Positions 10,186 to 23,979 of a stretch of 64,000 nt of DNA are shown piece by piece. Origin of the DNA: Squalus acanthias. Its lineage: Eukaryota. Position numbers and translations under genes: made by a program. How positions within the stretch are numbered: position 1 is the first letter of the stretch; each line of letters begins with the position of its first letter. The notes under the pieces were generated by a model. It saw only the letters and a list, made by a program, of their open reading frames with translations, was not told the DNA's origin and did not search any database. The DNA lies in assembly GCA_030390025.1 (NCBI GenBank), contig CM059438.1, forward strand, positions 60,266,001 through 60,330,000, written 5' to 3'.

Positions 10186-11341
10186 TCTCTGGGAGGACTG
10201 ACCTAGATTTGCCCACGAGGTTAATGGCAGATTGATGTCCTCCTGCAATGACTCCGACCATCCATCATGCTCCTCCACCTCTTTGTCCTCCAAGTAAACC
10301 AGGAACAATAGCATCTCAAAAGGAATCGCCATTCTGCAAAGGGTTAACGGGCGCTGCAGGCACGGCCTTGCTCACCCAGAGAAGATGTTGGACCTGCTGC
10401 CCCTGGATCAGCATGCTCCTTCACCAGCTGTTGCACAGCATTGGTCCCAGAATCAAATTTCAGAGAGTTCTGACTATGCGTTGCCCTGTGCCTTTAATCC
10501 TCATCATCACAGAAATGCTGCATTGCGATTCTACAGCGGCCATTTTGAACCTAACATACAAACAGCGGAAGTGCAGGAAAGTAAGGTCGCGGGTCCCTAG
10601 AGCGTCAGTATTCGCACAATATTAATCCGTGCACCTCTCTTGGGCCGGGGCAACTCACCCCAGGCGCCTCAGCACTGGTAATCAGCAGGCAGTGTCGTTG
10701 GGGGCGGCTGTTCGGGGCAATGCGTCTCTGCCCATATTTTGCTCTGCCATGTGCCTTGAAAATAAGCTCCCAGCAGAGGGGAATCAGTCCCTAGGAGTCT
10801 GCAAACTCACTGATGGTGCACCAAAGGGCACCGTTACCACTCCTGGTACAAGCTGGCATCACTGGGCCAGACCCCATGATCCCAGATACCAGGCCATCCA
10901 TCCCCCATGGGCTAGAGCTGTCCCAATTCCTGATAGGTGTTCCTGCCATAAATAATTTACCTTTAAATGCTTTAAGGCGTCAACGTGAAACAGCAGGGTT
11001 GGGCTGTTGATGGGGACAGTGGTTGGGAGGTACTGAGCGGCCAAAAGCGTCTGCAGATTAGTTGGTGAGGAAGATGGAGGGTGGAGCGGCACCTGATGGA
11101 CTGTGAGGGGCCAAGGACAGTTTGGGTTCCATTCTGCTGGCTCCTCCTCCTGCTTGGCACTATTGCAGTCCTGCTGGAACCCAGGAGCCCCTGGTCAGAA
11201 TTCTGCACCGCTCCCAGATCACAGGACCCTAAATAGGTCCTCACAAACCTCAACACTCTTTTCCCAGTGATTCCAGAGCCCCGGTGCTCATAGATGCCAG
11301 AACCTGCCCAAATGTTCCTAGAATTTCCCTGTTCAAAGTTC

Positions 11342-11897
11342 CCACTGCCCCATTACTGTGCACATCTAGTGCACACACAGATACCTTAATAACTCACTGC
11401 CCTATTACTGTACACATCTAATGCACACACAGATACCTTAATAACTCACTGCCCCATTACTGTACACATCTAATGCACACACAGATACCTTAATAACCCA
11501 CTGTCCCATTACTGTAGACATCTAATGCACACACAGATACCTTAATAACCCACTGTCCCATTACTGTAGACATCTAATGCACACACAGATACCTTAATAA
11601 CCCACTGTCCCATTACTGTAGACATCTAATGCACACACAGATACCTTAATAACCCACTGTCCCATTACTGTACACATCTAGTGCAAACACAGATACCTTA
11701 ATAACCCACTGTCCCATTACTGTAGACATCTAGTGCACACACAGATACCTTAATAACCCACTGTCCCATTACTGTACACATCTAGTGCAAACACAGATAC
11801 CTTAATAACTCACTGTCCCATTACTGTAGACATCTAGTGCACACACAGATACCTTAATAACCCACTGTCCCATTACTGTACACATCTAGTGCACAGA
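11342..11897. repeat. 52-bp minisatellite (~10 copies)
   Basis: Unit gtgcacacacagataccttaataactcactgccccattactgtacacatcta. Confidence 0.95.
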
Positions 11898-11946
11898 CTG
11901 CCTTGTGTTTTGTTGTTGTTATTCCAACACCTTTCTGTAAAATTAT

Positions 11947-12707
11947 GGGGGAAAAATTCAGCTGCTTGCGCCTCCCGTTAGCGCCTTAAGAGGGCGCTAA
12001 TGGGGCGTAAAGCAGCTAACGCCCGGACGCAGCGCCGCCCACGCCTCCCGAAAAATTCAGCAGGAGGTTAGCGGCGGCGCCAGCCGGTAGCGCCCTGTGG
12101 CGCTGCGCCGCCGGCGATGACGTCATCGCCGTGCGCAGCACCCCGCTCGCGCTCCAGCCGCGATCTTCAGTCGCGCCCCCTGACTTACCGCCAGACGCTA
12201 TGTCCGACGGGTTCAGGGAGGCGTACGTGCGGCCGGGGCGGCGATATTTAAAGGGGAGGTGGCAGGCGGCCATTTTTGTTGCTGGCCGCCTGCCAGCACC
12301 TGCCCCCGTTGCTGTCCCCGGCCCCCGTGAAGCCCCCCCACCGTGAAGTGCCGGCTGCGCTCCAAGAGCCCGGCACTTCTCTTGAGTGCCAGGCTCTTTT
12401 GCCGGCACTCCCGATCCCTGGGGGCCCAGCTGGGCCCCGGTTCGCGCTGCGCAGGGTCCCTCCCCTTTAAGAAGGGGAGGAAGGCCTGCAATACCGCGGC
12501 GCGACGTGCCGCAGCGCCACGTAGCGCCAGGATATTCCCTCGCAGCGCCCCAAGAGGGATGCGGGGTGCTTCCAGTGGCGCCCCGCTTCCCTCTTGGGGC
12601 GCAACCACTGAAGTTCCGGCGCGGGGCCGCTAATTTTTTCGGGGCGCTAAAAGTCGCGCCCCGGCGAGGTTAGCGCCCCAAATGGGGCGCGACTCAATTT
12701 TTACCCC
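11947..12707. mobile_element. Harbinger-like MITE, absent from the paralogous site in block B
   Basis: TIRs GGGGGAAAAATT / AATTTTTACCCC, TSD TAT; empty site aaaattatgttc at ~18374. Confidence 0.85.
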
Positions 12708-12969
12708 TATGTTCTTTAAGCAATCAGAATTTAAAAGAAATGGACTAAGAATGGATTCTTCATTTAACAAGTTTATGAAGAGGTTTGCCTAATGGGAGAT
12801 TTGCCTTTCTGTTATCAGTAACTGTCATTAGCTGGAAATCAGATTGACAGCTCGAGCACCTGCTTCCCAACAATGGACCAGCGTTTACTGGGAAAAGTGA
12901 GATGAGATTAATTAATGAGCAATTGTCACGCCATTTCCTCACAGTTGTTAGCAGTGAGTACGTGTCTGT

Positions 12970-14948
12970 GAGTATTGGGGTTACGGAGCGCTGTCATCAG
13001 CCAGGTGCAGAGTGGATAACCCTTGTCCCCGAGGAGCCAGACCCGAGCCTTTCCACTTTTTTCTCCCCCTTTTCCTTTTCTCTCTATCCCACCCTGACCA
13101 CTCTCTCCTGTCACCATGCCTCCTTTCCTCTCTTGGATACTCTGCCCTCCCACATCCCTACCCCACTGCTTCATTACTCTTCGACCTTCCTACTCTCCTG
13201 CTGCCGTCCCAGGCTTCACTCCCTCTTAGATAAGCCCACAGCTTCCCTCTGTGCCTCTCTTGGCATCCTCCGAAGGGCCCATCGAGGCACTCGTCGCTGC
13301 CTCTTTACGAGCAGCAACCCCAACTGTCCCATCCTACTCTCTCGCCGACCTTCCCGCCCAGTGCGCCCACTGGGGGCAAATCTTGCCAATCTCCTCCCAA
13401 TCCAATGCATCCCCCCATCTCCTCAGGTACTGTCTACCTCTCACTCAAATCTACCTCTCCTCAAAAAACCAAACCTTGATCCCTCCGTCCTTACAAAATA
13501 CCGCCCCATCTCCAACCTCCCTTTCCTCTCCAAAGTCCTTGAACGTGTTGTTGCCTCCCAAATCCGTGCCCATCTTTCCCGCAATTTCATGTTTGAATCC
13601 CTCCAATCAGGTTTCCGCCCTTGCCACAGTAACGAAACAGCTCTCATCAAAGTCAGAAATTACATCCTTTGTGACTGTGACTGTGGTAAACTATCCTTCC
13701 TCGTCCTTCTCGACTTGTCTGCAGCCTTTGACATGGTTGACCACTCCATCCTTCTCCAATGTCTCTTCACCGTCGTCCAGCTGGGTGGGACTGCACTCGC
13801 CTGGTTCCATTCTTATCTATCTAATCGTAACCAGAGAATCACCTGCAACGGCTTCTCTTCCTGCTCCTGCATCATTACCTCTGGTGTCCCCCAAGGATCT
13901 ATCCTTGGCCCCCTCCTATTTCTCATCTACATGTTGCCCCTTGGCGACATCATCCGAAAACACAGCGTCAGTTTCCACAAGTACGCTGACGACACCCAGC
14001 TCTACCTCACTACTTCTTCTCTTGACCTCTCCACGGTGTCTAAAGTGTCAGACTGCTTGTCCGACATACATTTCTGGATGAGCCAAAATTTTCACCAATT
14101 AAATATTGGGTAAACCGAAGCCATTGTTTTCTGTCCCCGCCACGAACTCCGTTCCCTAGCCACTGACTCCATCCCTCTCCCTAACATCTGTCTGAGGCTG
14201 AACCAAACTGTTCGCAACCTTGGTGTCATATTTGACCCTGAAATGAGCTTCCGACCACATATCCGCAGCATAACAAAGACCGCCTACTTCCACCGCCGTA
14301 ACATCGCCCGTCTCCGCCCTTGCCTCAGCTCATCCGCTGCTGAAACCCTCATCCATGCCTTTGTTACCTCTAGACTTGACTATTCCAACACAGTCCTGGC
14401 TGGCCTCCCACATTCCACCCTACGTAAACTTGAGGTCATCCAAAACTCGGCTGCCCGTGTCCTAACTCGCACCAAGTCCCGTTCGCCCATCTCCCCTTTG
14501 CTCGCCGACCTACATTGGCTCCCAGTTAAGCAGTGCCTCGATTTCAAAATTCTCATCCTTGTGTTCAAATCCCTCCATGGCCTTGCCCTTTCCTATCTCT
14601 GTAATCTCCTTCAGCCCCAGAACTCCCCGAGATATCTGCGCTCCTCTAATTCTGTCCTCTTGAGGATCCCTGGTTATAATCGCTCAACCTTTGGCGGCCG
14701 TGCCTTATGTTGCCTAGGCCCTAAGCTCTGGAATTCCCTGCCTAAACCTGTCCACCTCACTACCTCTCTTTCCTCCTTTAAGACGCTCCTTAAAACCTAT
14801 CTCTTCGACCAAGCTTTTGGTCACCTGCCCTAATTTATCCTTATGTGGATCGGTGTCAAATTTTTTGTCTTAAAATACTCCTGTGCAGCGCCTTGGGACG
14901 TTTTACTACGTTAAGGGCGCTATATAAATACAAGTTGTTGTTGTTGTG
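12970..14948 (+). mobile_element. L2-clade LINE, internally deleted (5' region joined to RT and 3' end)
   Basis: YRPISNLPFLSK, LLDLSAAFD, GVPQGSILGP, YADDTQLY, LHWLPV; (TTG)n tail. The endonuclease region present in the block B copy is missing. Confidence 0.9.
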
Positions 14949-14949
14949 G

Positions 14950-15784
14950 TTGATGCGGTGGATGGAACAGGTCTGGGACACCAGCCTGGTGCAGGATGAA
15001 TGCATCGTGGCTGCTGCCAGGATAGCGGGCATTGACGGCGAGGATGCGTTGTCTGTGGTCGCACACCAACTGCACGTTCAGTGAGTGGAAGCCTTTGCGG
15101 GTGCGGAAAACCTCTGCATTTCATGAGGTGCCTGCAATGCCACGTGCGTGCAGTCAATGGCACCCTGAACCCTGGGGAAGCGCGCTATCCTAGCAAAGCC
15201 ACATGCACGCTCACGCTGTTTGTCCGGGTCATGGGGAATGAGATGTACTCCTCCTTTTGTACAGAGCATTTGTGACCTCCCGGATGCAGCAATGAACGGC
15301 GAACTGGGAGATGTTCGCAATATCCCCCGTTGAAGCCTGGAAGGAGCCGCTGGCATAGAAATTGAGAGCCACCGTCACATTCACTGCCACCGACAGTGAC
15401 GTCCTGGTCCTGAGCTGAGGCTGGAGCTCTGGCTGTAGGAGGTGGCAGAGCTCAGTGACCACCTCCTTGCTGAAGCGGAGCCTTCTGAAACACTGCTCTT
15501 CGGACAGATGGATATATGAGAAATGCTCCTGGAATATGTGCTGAGGCAGGGGGCGAGAATCAATATCCGGTCCGGGGCGCTACCGGGGTGATGAGCACTT
15601 GGATGACGTCACGATCTCCGGGCGCAGGAGATCGTGGCGGTAGTGTTTAGCGCCACCGCAAAGCGCCAGGTCAATTTCGCGGGCGTCGCTAAAATCGCCA
15701 CGCAAGGGCAGTAAGTCGTTAGTGCTCTGTTAATGCCCCTAGGAGGCACTAACAGGCAGCATTAAACAGACGAATTTTTCCCCC
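14950..15784 (-). mobile_element. Harbinger transposon fragment (degenerate HARBI1-like DDE transposase) with one terminal inverted repeat
   Basis: VTVALNFYASGSFQ..GDIANISQ, GFARIARFPRVQGAIDCTHV; TIR ...AATTTTTCCCCC at 15784. Confidence 0.85.
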
Positions 15785-17724
15785 AATGTGTTTTAATGAT
15801 TTTGGTTGAGGGATAAATATTGGCCAGGACACCGGGAGAACTCCCCTGCTCTTCTTCCAAATAGTGCTGTGGGGTCTTTGACGTCCACCTGAGGGAGCAG
15901 ACGGGGCCTCGGTTTAATGTCTCATCCGAAAGACGGCACCTCCGACAGTGCAGCACTCCCTCAGCACTGCACTGGACTGTCGGCCTGGATTTTGTCCTCG
16001 GGGCTCTGGGAGGACTGACCTAGATTTGCTCATGAGGTTAATGGCAGATTGATGTCCTCCTGCAATGACCCCGACCATCCATCAGTGTTGTTTATACACA
16101 GTCTTCTGTTGTTCAGTTCAGAAGTAATTAATTCAGTCCTATGGTTATAATCACTTTATTTTTCTTACTTTAACATAAAGAACAACCTAAATGCAGACTA
16201 TAATTTCTCCAGAGTATAACGCAGTTTACAAGCGGAGTTTCGTGTCGGCGTGCACTCAAGCAGGTTTCTCTCTTTCTCCACATAAGACAAAAGCTTTTTT
16301 TACCCACTGATTTCTTCATCAAACTGGAAGTGGCCTTGCCTTATTTGGTAGTCGCCAGTCAATGCAGGTCCTTCAGCCGATCCTTGCGCACACAAGTTTA
16401 CATTTCTCTAAACAGTCGTATGCCAACGTCCGCTTTGCGTAGGTTGCCAATGCCCTTGTTGAACATCCCATTGGCAGGAATCCCAGTTTCAGTCCCCAAG
16501 GTCCTGAAACTGGTCACTTGAACAAACTGACTGTTGCTTAGTGAAATCTGTATCTCTCTCTCTCTCTCTCTCTCCAGTGATGCCAATCACCTTTTTTCGC
16601 TCTATATTGAATGAATGAAACATGAACACCTTTCAGAGTTCCAAATGCCAACAATTAGGCTCCTCCACCTCTTTGTCCTCCAAGTAAACCAGGAACAATA
16701 GCATCTCAAAAGGAATCGCCATTCTGCAAAGGGTTAACGGGCGCTGCAGGCACGGCCTTGCTCACCCAGAGAAGATGGTGGACCTGCTGCCCCTGGATCA
16801 GCATGCTCCTTCACCAGCTGTTGCACAGCATTGGTCCCAGAATCAAATTTCAGAGAGTTCTGACTATGCGTTGCCCTGTGCCTTTAATCCTCATCATCAC
16901 AGAAATGCTGCATTGCGATTCTACAGCGGCCATTTTGAACCTAACATACAAGCAGCGGAAGTGCAGGAAAGTAAGGTCGCGGGTCCCTAGAGCGTCAGTA
17001 TTCGCACAATATTAATCCGCTCTTGGGCCGGGGCAACTCACCCCAGGCGCCTCAGCACTGGTAATCAGCAGGCAGTGTAGTTGGGGGCGGCCGTTCGGGG
17101 CAATACGTCTCTGACCATATTTTGCTCTGCCATGTGCCTCGAAAGTAAGCTCCCAGCCGAGGGGAATCAGTCCCTAGGAGTCTGCAAACTCACTGATGGT
17201 GCACCAAAGGGCAACGTTACCACTCCTGGTACAAGCTGGCATCACTGGGCCAGACCCCACGATCCCAGATACCAGGCCATCCATCCCCCATGGGCTAGAG
17301 CTGTCCCAATTCCTGATAGGTGTTCCTGCCATAAATAATTTACCTTTAAATGCTTTAAAGCGTCAACGTGAAACAGCAGGGTTGGGCTGTTGATGGGCAC
17401 AGTGGTTGGGAGGTACTGAGCAGCCAAAAGTGTCTGCAGATTAGTTGGTGAGGAAGATGGAGGGTGGAGCGGCACCAGATGGACTGTGAGGGGCCAAGGA
17501 CAGTTTGGGTTCGATTCTGCTGGCTCCTCCTCCTGCTTGGCACTATTGCAGTCCTGCTGGAACCCAGGAGCCCCTGGTCAGAATTCTGCACCGCTCCCAG
17601 ATCACAGGACCCTAAATAGGTCCTCACAAACCTCAACACTCTATTCCCAGTGATTCCAGAGCCCCGGTGCTCATAGATGCCAGAACCTGCCCAAATGTTC
17701 CTAGAATTTCCCTGTTCAATATTT

Positions 17725-18333
17725 CCACTGCCCCATTACTGTGCACATCTAATGCACACACAGATACCTTAATAACTCACTGCCCCATTACTGTACACAT
17801 CTAGTGCACTCACAGATACCTTAATAACTCACTGCCCCATTACTGTACACATCTAGTGCACTCACAGATACCTTAATAACTCACTGCCCCATTACTGTAC
17901 ACATCTAGTGCACACACAGCTACATTAATAACTCACTGCCCCATTACTCTACACATCTAGTGCACACACAGCTACATTAATAACTCACTGCCCCATTACT
18001 GTACACATCTAGTGCACACACAGATACCTTAATAACCCACTGCCCCATTACTCTACACATCTAGTGCAAACACAGATACCTTAATAACCCACTGTCCCAT
18101 TACTGTACACATCTGGTGCACTCACAGATACCTTAATAACCCACTGCCCCATTACTCTACACATCTAGTGCAAACACAGATACCTTAATAACCCACTGCC
18201 CCATTACTGTAGACATCTAATGCACACACAGATACCTTAATAACTCACTGCCCCATTACTGTACACATCTAGTGCACACACAGCTACATTAATAACCCAC
18301 TGTCCCATTACTGTAGACATCTAATGCACAGAC
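17725..18333. repeat. 52-bp minisatellite (~11 copies)
   Basis: Same unit as 11342-11897. Confidence 0.95.
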
Positions 18334-18640
18334 TGCCTTGTGTTTTGTTGTTGTTATTCCAACACCTCTCTGCAAAATTATGTTCTTTAAGCAATCAGAA
18401 TTTAATAGAAATGAACTAAGAATGGATTCTTCATTTAACAAGTTTATGAAGAGGTTTGACTAATGGGAGATTTGCCTTTCTGTTATCAGTAACTGTCATT
18501 AGCTGGAAATCAGATTGACAGCTCGAGCACCTACTTCCCAACAATGGACAAGCGTTTACTGGGAAAAGTGAGATGAGATTAATTAATGAGCAATTGTCAC
18601 GCCATTTCCTCACAGTTGTTAGCAGTGAGTACGTGTCTGT

Positions 18641-21600
18641 GAGTATTGGGGTTACGGAGCGCTGTCATCAGCCAGGTGCAGAGTGGATAACCCTTGTCCC
18701 CGAGGAGCCAGACCCGAGCCTTTCCACTTTTTTCTCCCCCTTTTCCTTTTCTCTCTATCCCACCCTGACCACTCTCTCCTGTCACCATGCCTCCTTTCAT
18801 CTCTCCTCTCTTGGATACTCTGCCCTCCCACATCCCTACCCCACTGCTTCATTACTCTTCGACCTTCCTACTCTCCTGCTGCCGTCCCAGGCTTCACTCC
18901 CTCTTAGATAAGCCCACAGCTTCCCTCTGTGCCTCTCTTGGCATCCTCCGAAGGGCCCACTGAGGCACTCGTCGCTGCCGCCTTACAAGCAGCAACCCCA
19001 ACTGTCCCATCCTACTCTCTCGCCGACCTTCCCGCCCAGTGCGCCCACTGGGGGCAAATCTTGCCAATCTCCTCCCAATCCAACGCATCCCCCCAGCGCT
19101 GACCCTGTGGGCCCTGGCAGTGGGGCAGCCATCACCGACCCTCTCCGCATCTCCCTCCAGAATGTCTGTTCACTTGCGAACAAGGCCCTTGCCATCCATG
19201 AGCTTATCATGGATGACTGCATCGATATCATGGTCCTGACGGAAACTTGGTTGAGGGGTGATGACACCTTAACCTTAAGTGAAGCCACCCCACCTGGCTA
19301 TACCTTCCACCACTTGCCCCGCTCAAACCGCCATGGTGGCAGTGTGGCTCTCATCACCAAATCACACCTTGGTCTGTCCCCCGACCCCTCAGGCACTTTC
19401 TCCTCCTTTGAGCATCTCACCGTATTCCACCCATCTGAACTCTCATTTAAAATTCTTGTTCTCTACCGCCCACCCAAGTACCATAAACATTTTATTACTG
19501 AGATATAGAAACATAGAAACTAGGAGCAGGAGTAGGCCATTCGGCCCGTCGAGCCTGCTCCACCATTCAATACGATCATGGCTGATCATCCAAATCCAGT
19601 ACCCTGTCCCTGCTTTCTCACACAGAATCCCCATCGAGCCTGCACCGTTATCCTCCCTCAGCCTCTGCACCAAATGACTTCTCATCCTCGGTGATTTCAA
19701 CCTCCATCTCAATTCATCATGCTCTCTCTCCTCTGAGTTCACTAGCCTCCTATCCTCCCTAAGTCTCTCCCTCCATGTAAATTCCCCGACCCATATTCAC
19801 AGCCACCCCCTCGACCTTGCCATCCCTTGTGGCCTCGCTACTCCCATCGTGTCAATTGCAGATAAGGCCATCTCTGACCATTTCCTCGTATCGCTCTCCA
19901 CCCACATCCCCCTTCCACCCACCCCACCCCCCGCCCCCCCCGACCCACCCCTCCCCCCCACCCCCCGCTCCCACAATCCTACTTCCTTCTGTGTCCGCCC
20001 CTGGAAAAAACTCTCTCCCAACTCTCTTACAACTGCACTTATGTAATCCCAACTGTCCAGCCTCTGGCCCTCCATTCACCATGACATTTCTGCAGCTACT
20101 GATCTGCTCAACCACACCCTCACCACTCTCTTTGATGCCCTAGTCCCTGCTAAAACAATTACCCTCTCTCACCCTGGCCATTCCCCCTGGTACGGCTCTC
20201 ATCTTCACTCCCTTAAGTCCAAGGAAGCAGACTCGAACGGATATGGCAGACAACTGGTTTAGCCATTCACCGCCAGATCTGGCTGGACCACATAAACCAC
20301 TATCGGGCCCTGCTCTCGTCTGCCAAAATTGTTCACTATTCCAGAATCATTCTGGAATGCAAGGATAAACCCCGGCTCCTATTCTCTACTGCTAACCGTC
20401 TTCTTAAGCCCCTCTCCCCTGAATCCTCCACCCTCACCTCCAATAACAAATGTGAGGAGCTCATGGATTTCTTTGTCTCGAAGATTGAGAACATCCATTC
20501 AGCTGCCTCTGCCACTTCCCTACCTTCCCCTAGCCCACTGGACCAAACTTCCTCTAAGGTTCCCCCCTGCCCTAGCCCTGAACTCACATCTTTCTCCAGT
20601 TTCTCTCCGATCTCCCCTCTCTGTGCTCATCTTGTCCATGACACCCATCTCCTGCTCCCTGGACCCTATTCCCACCAAACTGCTGACCACCCAACTTCCT
20701 TTTCTGGCTCCCATGTTAGCTGATATTGTTAACAGTTCTCTCTCCTCAGGTACTGTCTCCCTCTCCCTCAAATCTACCTCTCCTCAAAAAACCAAACCTT
20801 GATCCCTCCGTCCTTACAAACTAACGCCCCATCTCCAACCTCCCTTTCCTCTCCAAAGTCCTTGAACTTGTTGTTGTCTCCCAAATCCGTGCCCATCTTT
20901 CCCGCAATTCCATGTTTGAATCCCTCCAATCAGGTTTCCGCCCTTGCCACAGTAACGAAACAGCTCTCATCAAAGTCACAAATGACATCCTTTGTGACTG
21001 TGACTGTGCTAAACTATCCTTCCTCGTCCTTCTCGACTTGTCTGCAGCCTTTGACATGGTTGACCACTCCATCCATCTCCAATGTCTCTCCACTGTCGTC
21101 CAGCTGGGTGGGACTGCACTCGCCTGGTTCCATTCTTATCTATCTAATCGTAACTAGTGTAGGCTTCGCATAATCCCCCAGAAACTCATATAGAACCCTA
21201 AAAGGGGTGATTTTGGGATTTTTCATACAAATTTGGGGTTATGGGACCTAAATGTAGTGATTTAAGGCAAAAACCTCAGTTTTGGACATTTTTAAGGATC
21301 AGGGAAGAAAACCCCTGAGGAAAATGACTTTTGGATATTACTATTGGGAAAAACACCTTTCACAGACACAAGACAGGCTGCGGCGGGGTGTGGCGAGGCA
21401 GTGGACAGCTTTTGGTTATTGGGGCCCAGTCAAGCTGTCTGGAAAATGTTTGCACTGCAATCCAAGCAGGAGGAAGAGCCTCACCCAAAACCTCACAAAC
21501 ACATCCAAAATTGAATAATTCAAGTCCCCTTTTGAAAATCCCCAGGCCCAAACAGGATGCTAGAAGCCTGAAAACAATAAAACATCCAGTACACCCATCA

Positions 21601-23977
21601 CCCCATCAAAACCCAATTAGCCAAGTATCTACAGGGACAGATTAACAAGCCCGCCAATTTTCTAAGACAAAGGGGGCGAGATTTGGCGCGTAGATAAAGG
21701 CCCTGCCTAAACGGAAGACATCGGAAGCCATCAGGACAAGTAAACATAAAGTTGAAGCCATCAAAACTTAACGAGCCCACCAAAACCTAAGACAATGGGC
21801 CTGAAACAGTATAATTGAGGGCCTATTCCCCCAGCACACACAGCAAGCTACTCACAGCTACAGATGGCCACACGACACGAGCAGGAGGAGGAGAGAAGCA
21901 GCAAGGCCACGAGGCAGACCCGGGGCGAGATCGGAGGCAGGGACAGACAAGGCCAGGCAAGGGCTAGAGCTGAGACCACTGGGAGCGAGTCGGCATCGCT
22001 CAGCACACGGTCCAGCACTAACAGCCACTAGCCAAGGTCACTGGAGGCTGGGAGCGAGTCGGCATCGCTCAACCCACGGTCCAGCCCCAGAAGGTACCGC
22101 CCCGACAGGCCTCCAATGCAACCAATCGACCGCCAGAACCACCAAGGGCTCCACGAGGTAGACCGCCATTCAAAAGTACCACGGGGACCAAGGCCCCGCG
22201 CAACGACCAACCACCAGGCAAACACAACCTAAATCAGCCAACCAGGGGAAACCCGAAGAAACGCTAACCCTACAGCTACTCCTGGCTTACCCCTGGGTAA
22301 GACTTGCATGCAAAGACTCTAAACCTACAGCTAAAAGCAAAGAAATCGGGTACTTACCTGATAATTCCACAACCGCGCCCTACCGCATCTGCGGACTCCA
22401 CCCGACTGAGGAGCCCTCGCAGATTCCACAGACCGGTACCACGTGGGGATGGCAGGCCCCAAAGGACAAAAAGAGAGTACCCCAAAATCGCAAGCAACTT
22501 ACCTGGCTGGATTTTGAACTGTCAAAACCCCTGTTTGGTGAGCATTATCCCTGATCTCCTGAAATCAAAACTTAGCTAGATGGTGGGATTTTTGGGAGGG
22601 ATAAGGTTTTTTTTGTATATTGTCCTTCTCCCTCGCCTGTACCGTGTGTTCCCCAACCTGTTTAAGTGTTAACTGTGTTTTAAGTTTGTTACCTTTTTCT
22701 TTTAATAAAAGTCAAAACTCTTTCATCCAAACCTGTTGTCTACTGCATCTTTGTTCACAACCCCCAAATAAGTCCAAAGTTTAGAACCAGGGGCGTGGGA
22801 GCGATTCGAACTGCTCACTGAGTCAGAGGTGAGGCTGACCCCTACCACACCACCTCCCACACCAGAGAATCACCTGCAACGGCTTCTCTTCCTGCTCCCG
22901 CATCATTACCTCTGGTGTCCCCCAAGGATCTATCCTTGGCCCCCTCCTATTTCTCATCTACATGTTGCCCCTTGGTGACATCATCCAAAAACACAGCGTC
23001 AGTTTCCACAAGTACGCTGATGACACCCAGCTCTACCTCACTACTTCTTCTCTTGACCCCTCCACGGTGTCTAAATTGTCAGACTGCTTGTCCGACATAC
23101 ATTTCTGGATGAGCCAAAACTTTTGCCAATTAAATATTGGGAAAACCGAAGCCATTGTTTTCTGTCCCCGTCACGAACTCCGTTCCCTAGCCACTGACTC
23201 CATCCCTCTCCCTAATATCTGTCTGAGGCTGAACCACAGTGTTCGCAACCTTGGTGTCATATTTGACCCTGAAATGAGCTTCCGACTACACATCCGCAGC
23301 ATAACAAAGACTGCCTACTTCCACCTCCGTAACATCGCCCGTCTCCGCCCTTGCCTCAGCTCATCCGCTGCTGAAACCCTCAGCCATGCCTTTGTTACCT
23401 CTAGAGTTGACTATTCCAACGCACTCCTGGCTGACCTTCCACATTCCACCCTACGTAAACTTGAGATCATCCAAAACTCGGCTGCCCGTGTCCTAACTCG
23501 CACCAAGTCCCATTCACCCATCACCCCCGTACTTGCTGACCTACATTGGCTCCCGGTTAAGCAGTGCCTCGATTTCAAAATTCTCATCCTTGTTTTCAAA
23601 TCCCTCCATGGCCTCACCCCTTCCTATCTCTGTAATCTCCTTCAGCCCCAGAACTCCGAGATATCTGCGCTCCTCTAATTCTGTCCTCTTGAGGATCCCT
23701 GATTATAATAGCTCAACCTTTGGCGGCCGTGCCTTATGTTGCCTAAGCCCTAAGCTCTGGAATTCCCTGCCTAAACCTGTCCGCCTCACTACCTCTCTTT
23801 CCTCCTTTAAGACGCTCCTTAAAACCTACCTCTTCGACCAAGCTTTTGGTCACCTGCCCTAATTTATCCTTATATGGATCGGTGTCAAATTTTTTGTCTT
23901 AAAATACTCCTGTGCAGCGCCTTGGGACGTTTTACTACGTTAAGGGCGCTATATAAATACAAGTTGTTGTTGTTGTG
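18641..23977 (+). mobile_element. Near-full-length degenerate L2 LINE (APE endonuclease + RT) with nested SINE tail and solo LTR
   Basis: ISLQNVCSL..DIMVLTETWL..YRPP endonuclease motifs at 19107-19500; RT motifs at 20820-23680; SINE tail at ~19505-19620. Confidence 0.9.
21158..22861 (+). mobile_element. Solo LTR (~1.7 kb) inserted in the L2 RT region
   Basis: TG...CA ends; TSD CTAG/CCAG (one mismatch); empty site aatcgtaaccagagaatc in block A; AATAAA at ~22704. Confidence 0.8.
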
Positions 23978-23979
23978 GT

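Larger units (their letters stand above)
9968..15545. repeat. Segmental duplication block A (paralogous to 15785-24565)
   Basis: Same order of SINE remnant, unique segment, 52-bp array, L2 and Harbinger fragment; near-identical ORFs in both blocks. Confidence 0.9.

Noticed and set aside
11342..11897. Regular repeats resembling a CRISPR array (also at 5750, 17725, 25231 and 29243)
   Set aside because: Head-to-tail 52-bp units with no unique spacers, no cas genes, and a vertebrate context.
12016..12673. Cluster of overlapping GC-rich ORFs, CpG-island-like
   Set aside because: Entirely inside a TIR/TSD-bounded MITE that is absent from the paralogous site.
12902..14833. 403-aa and 196-aa ORFs as a functional RT gene
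   Set aside because: Internally deleted L2 copy with a stop, and no endonuclease.
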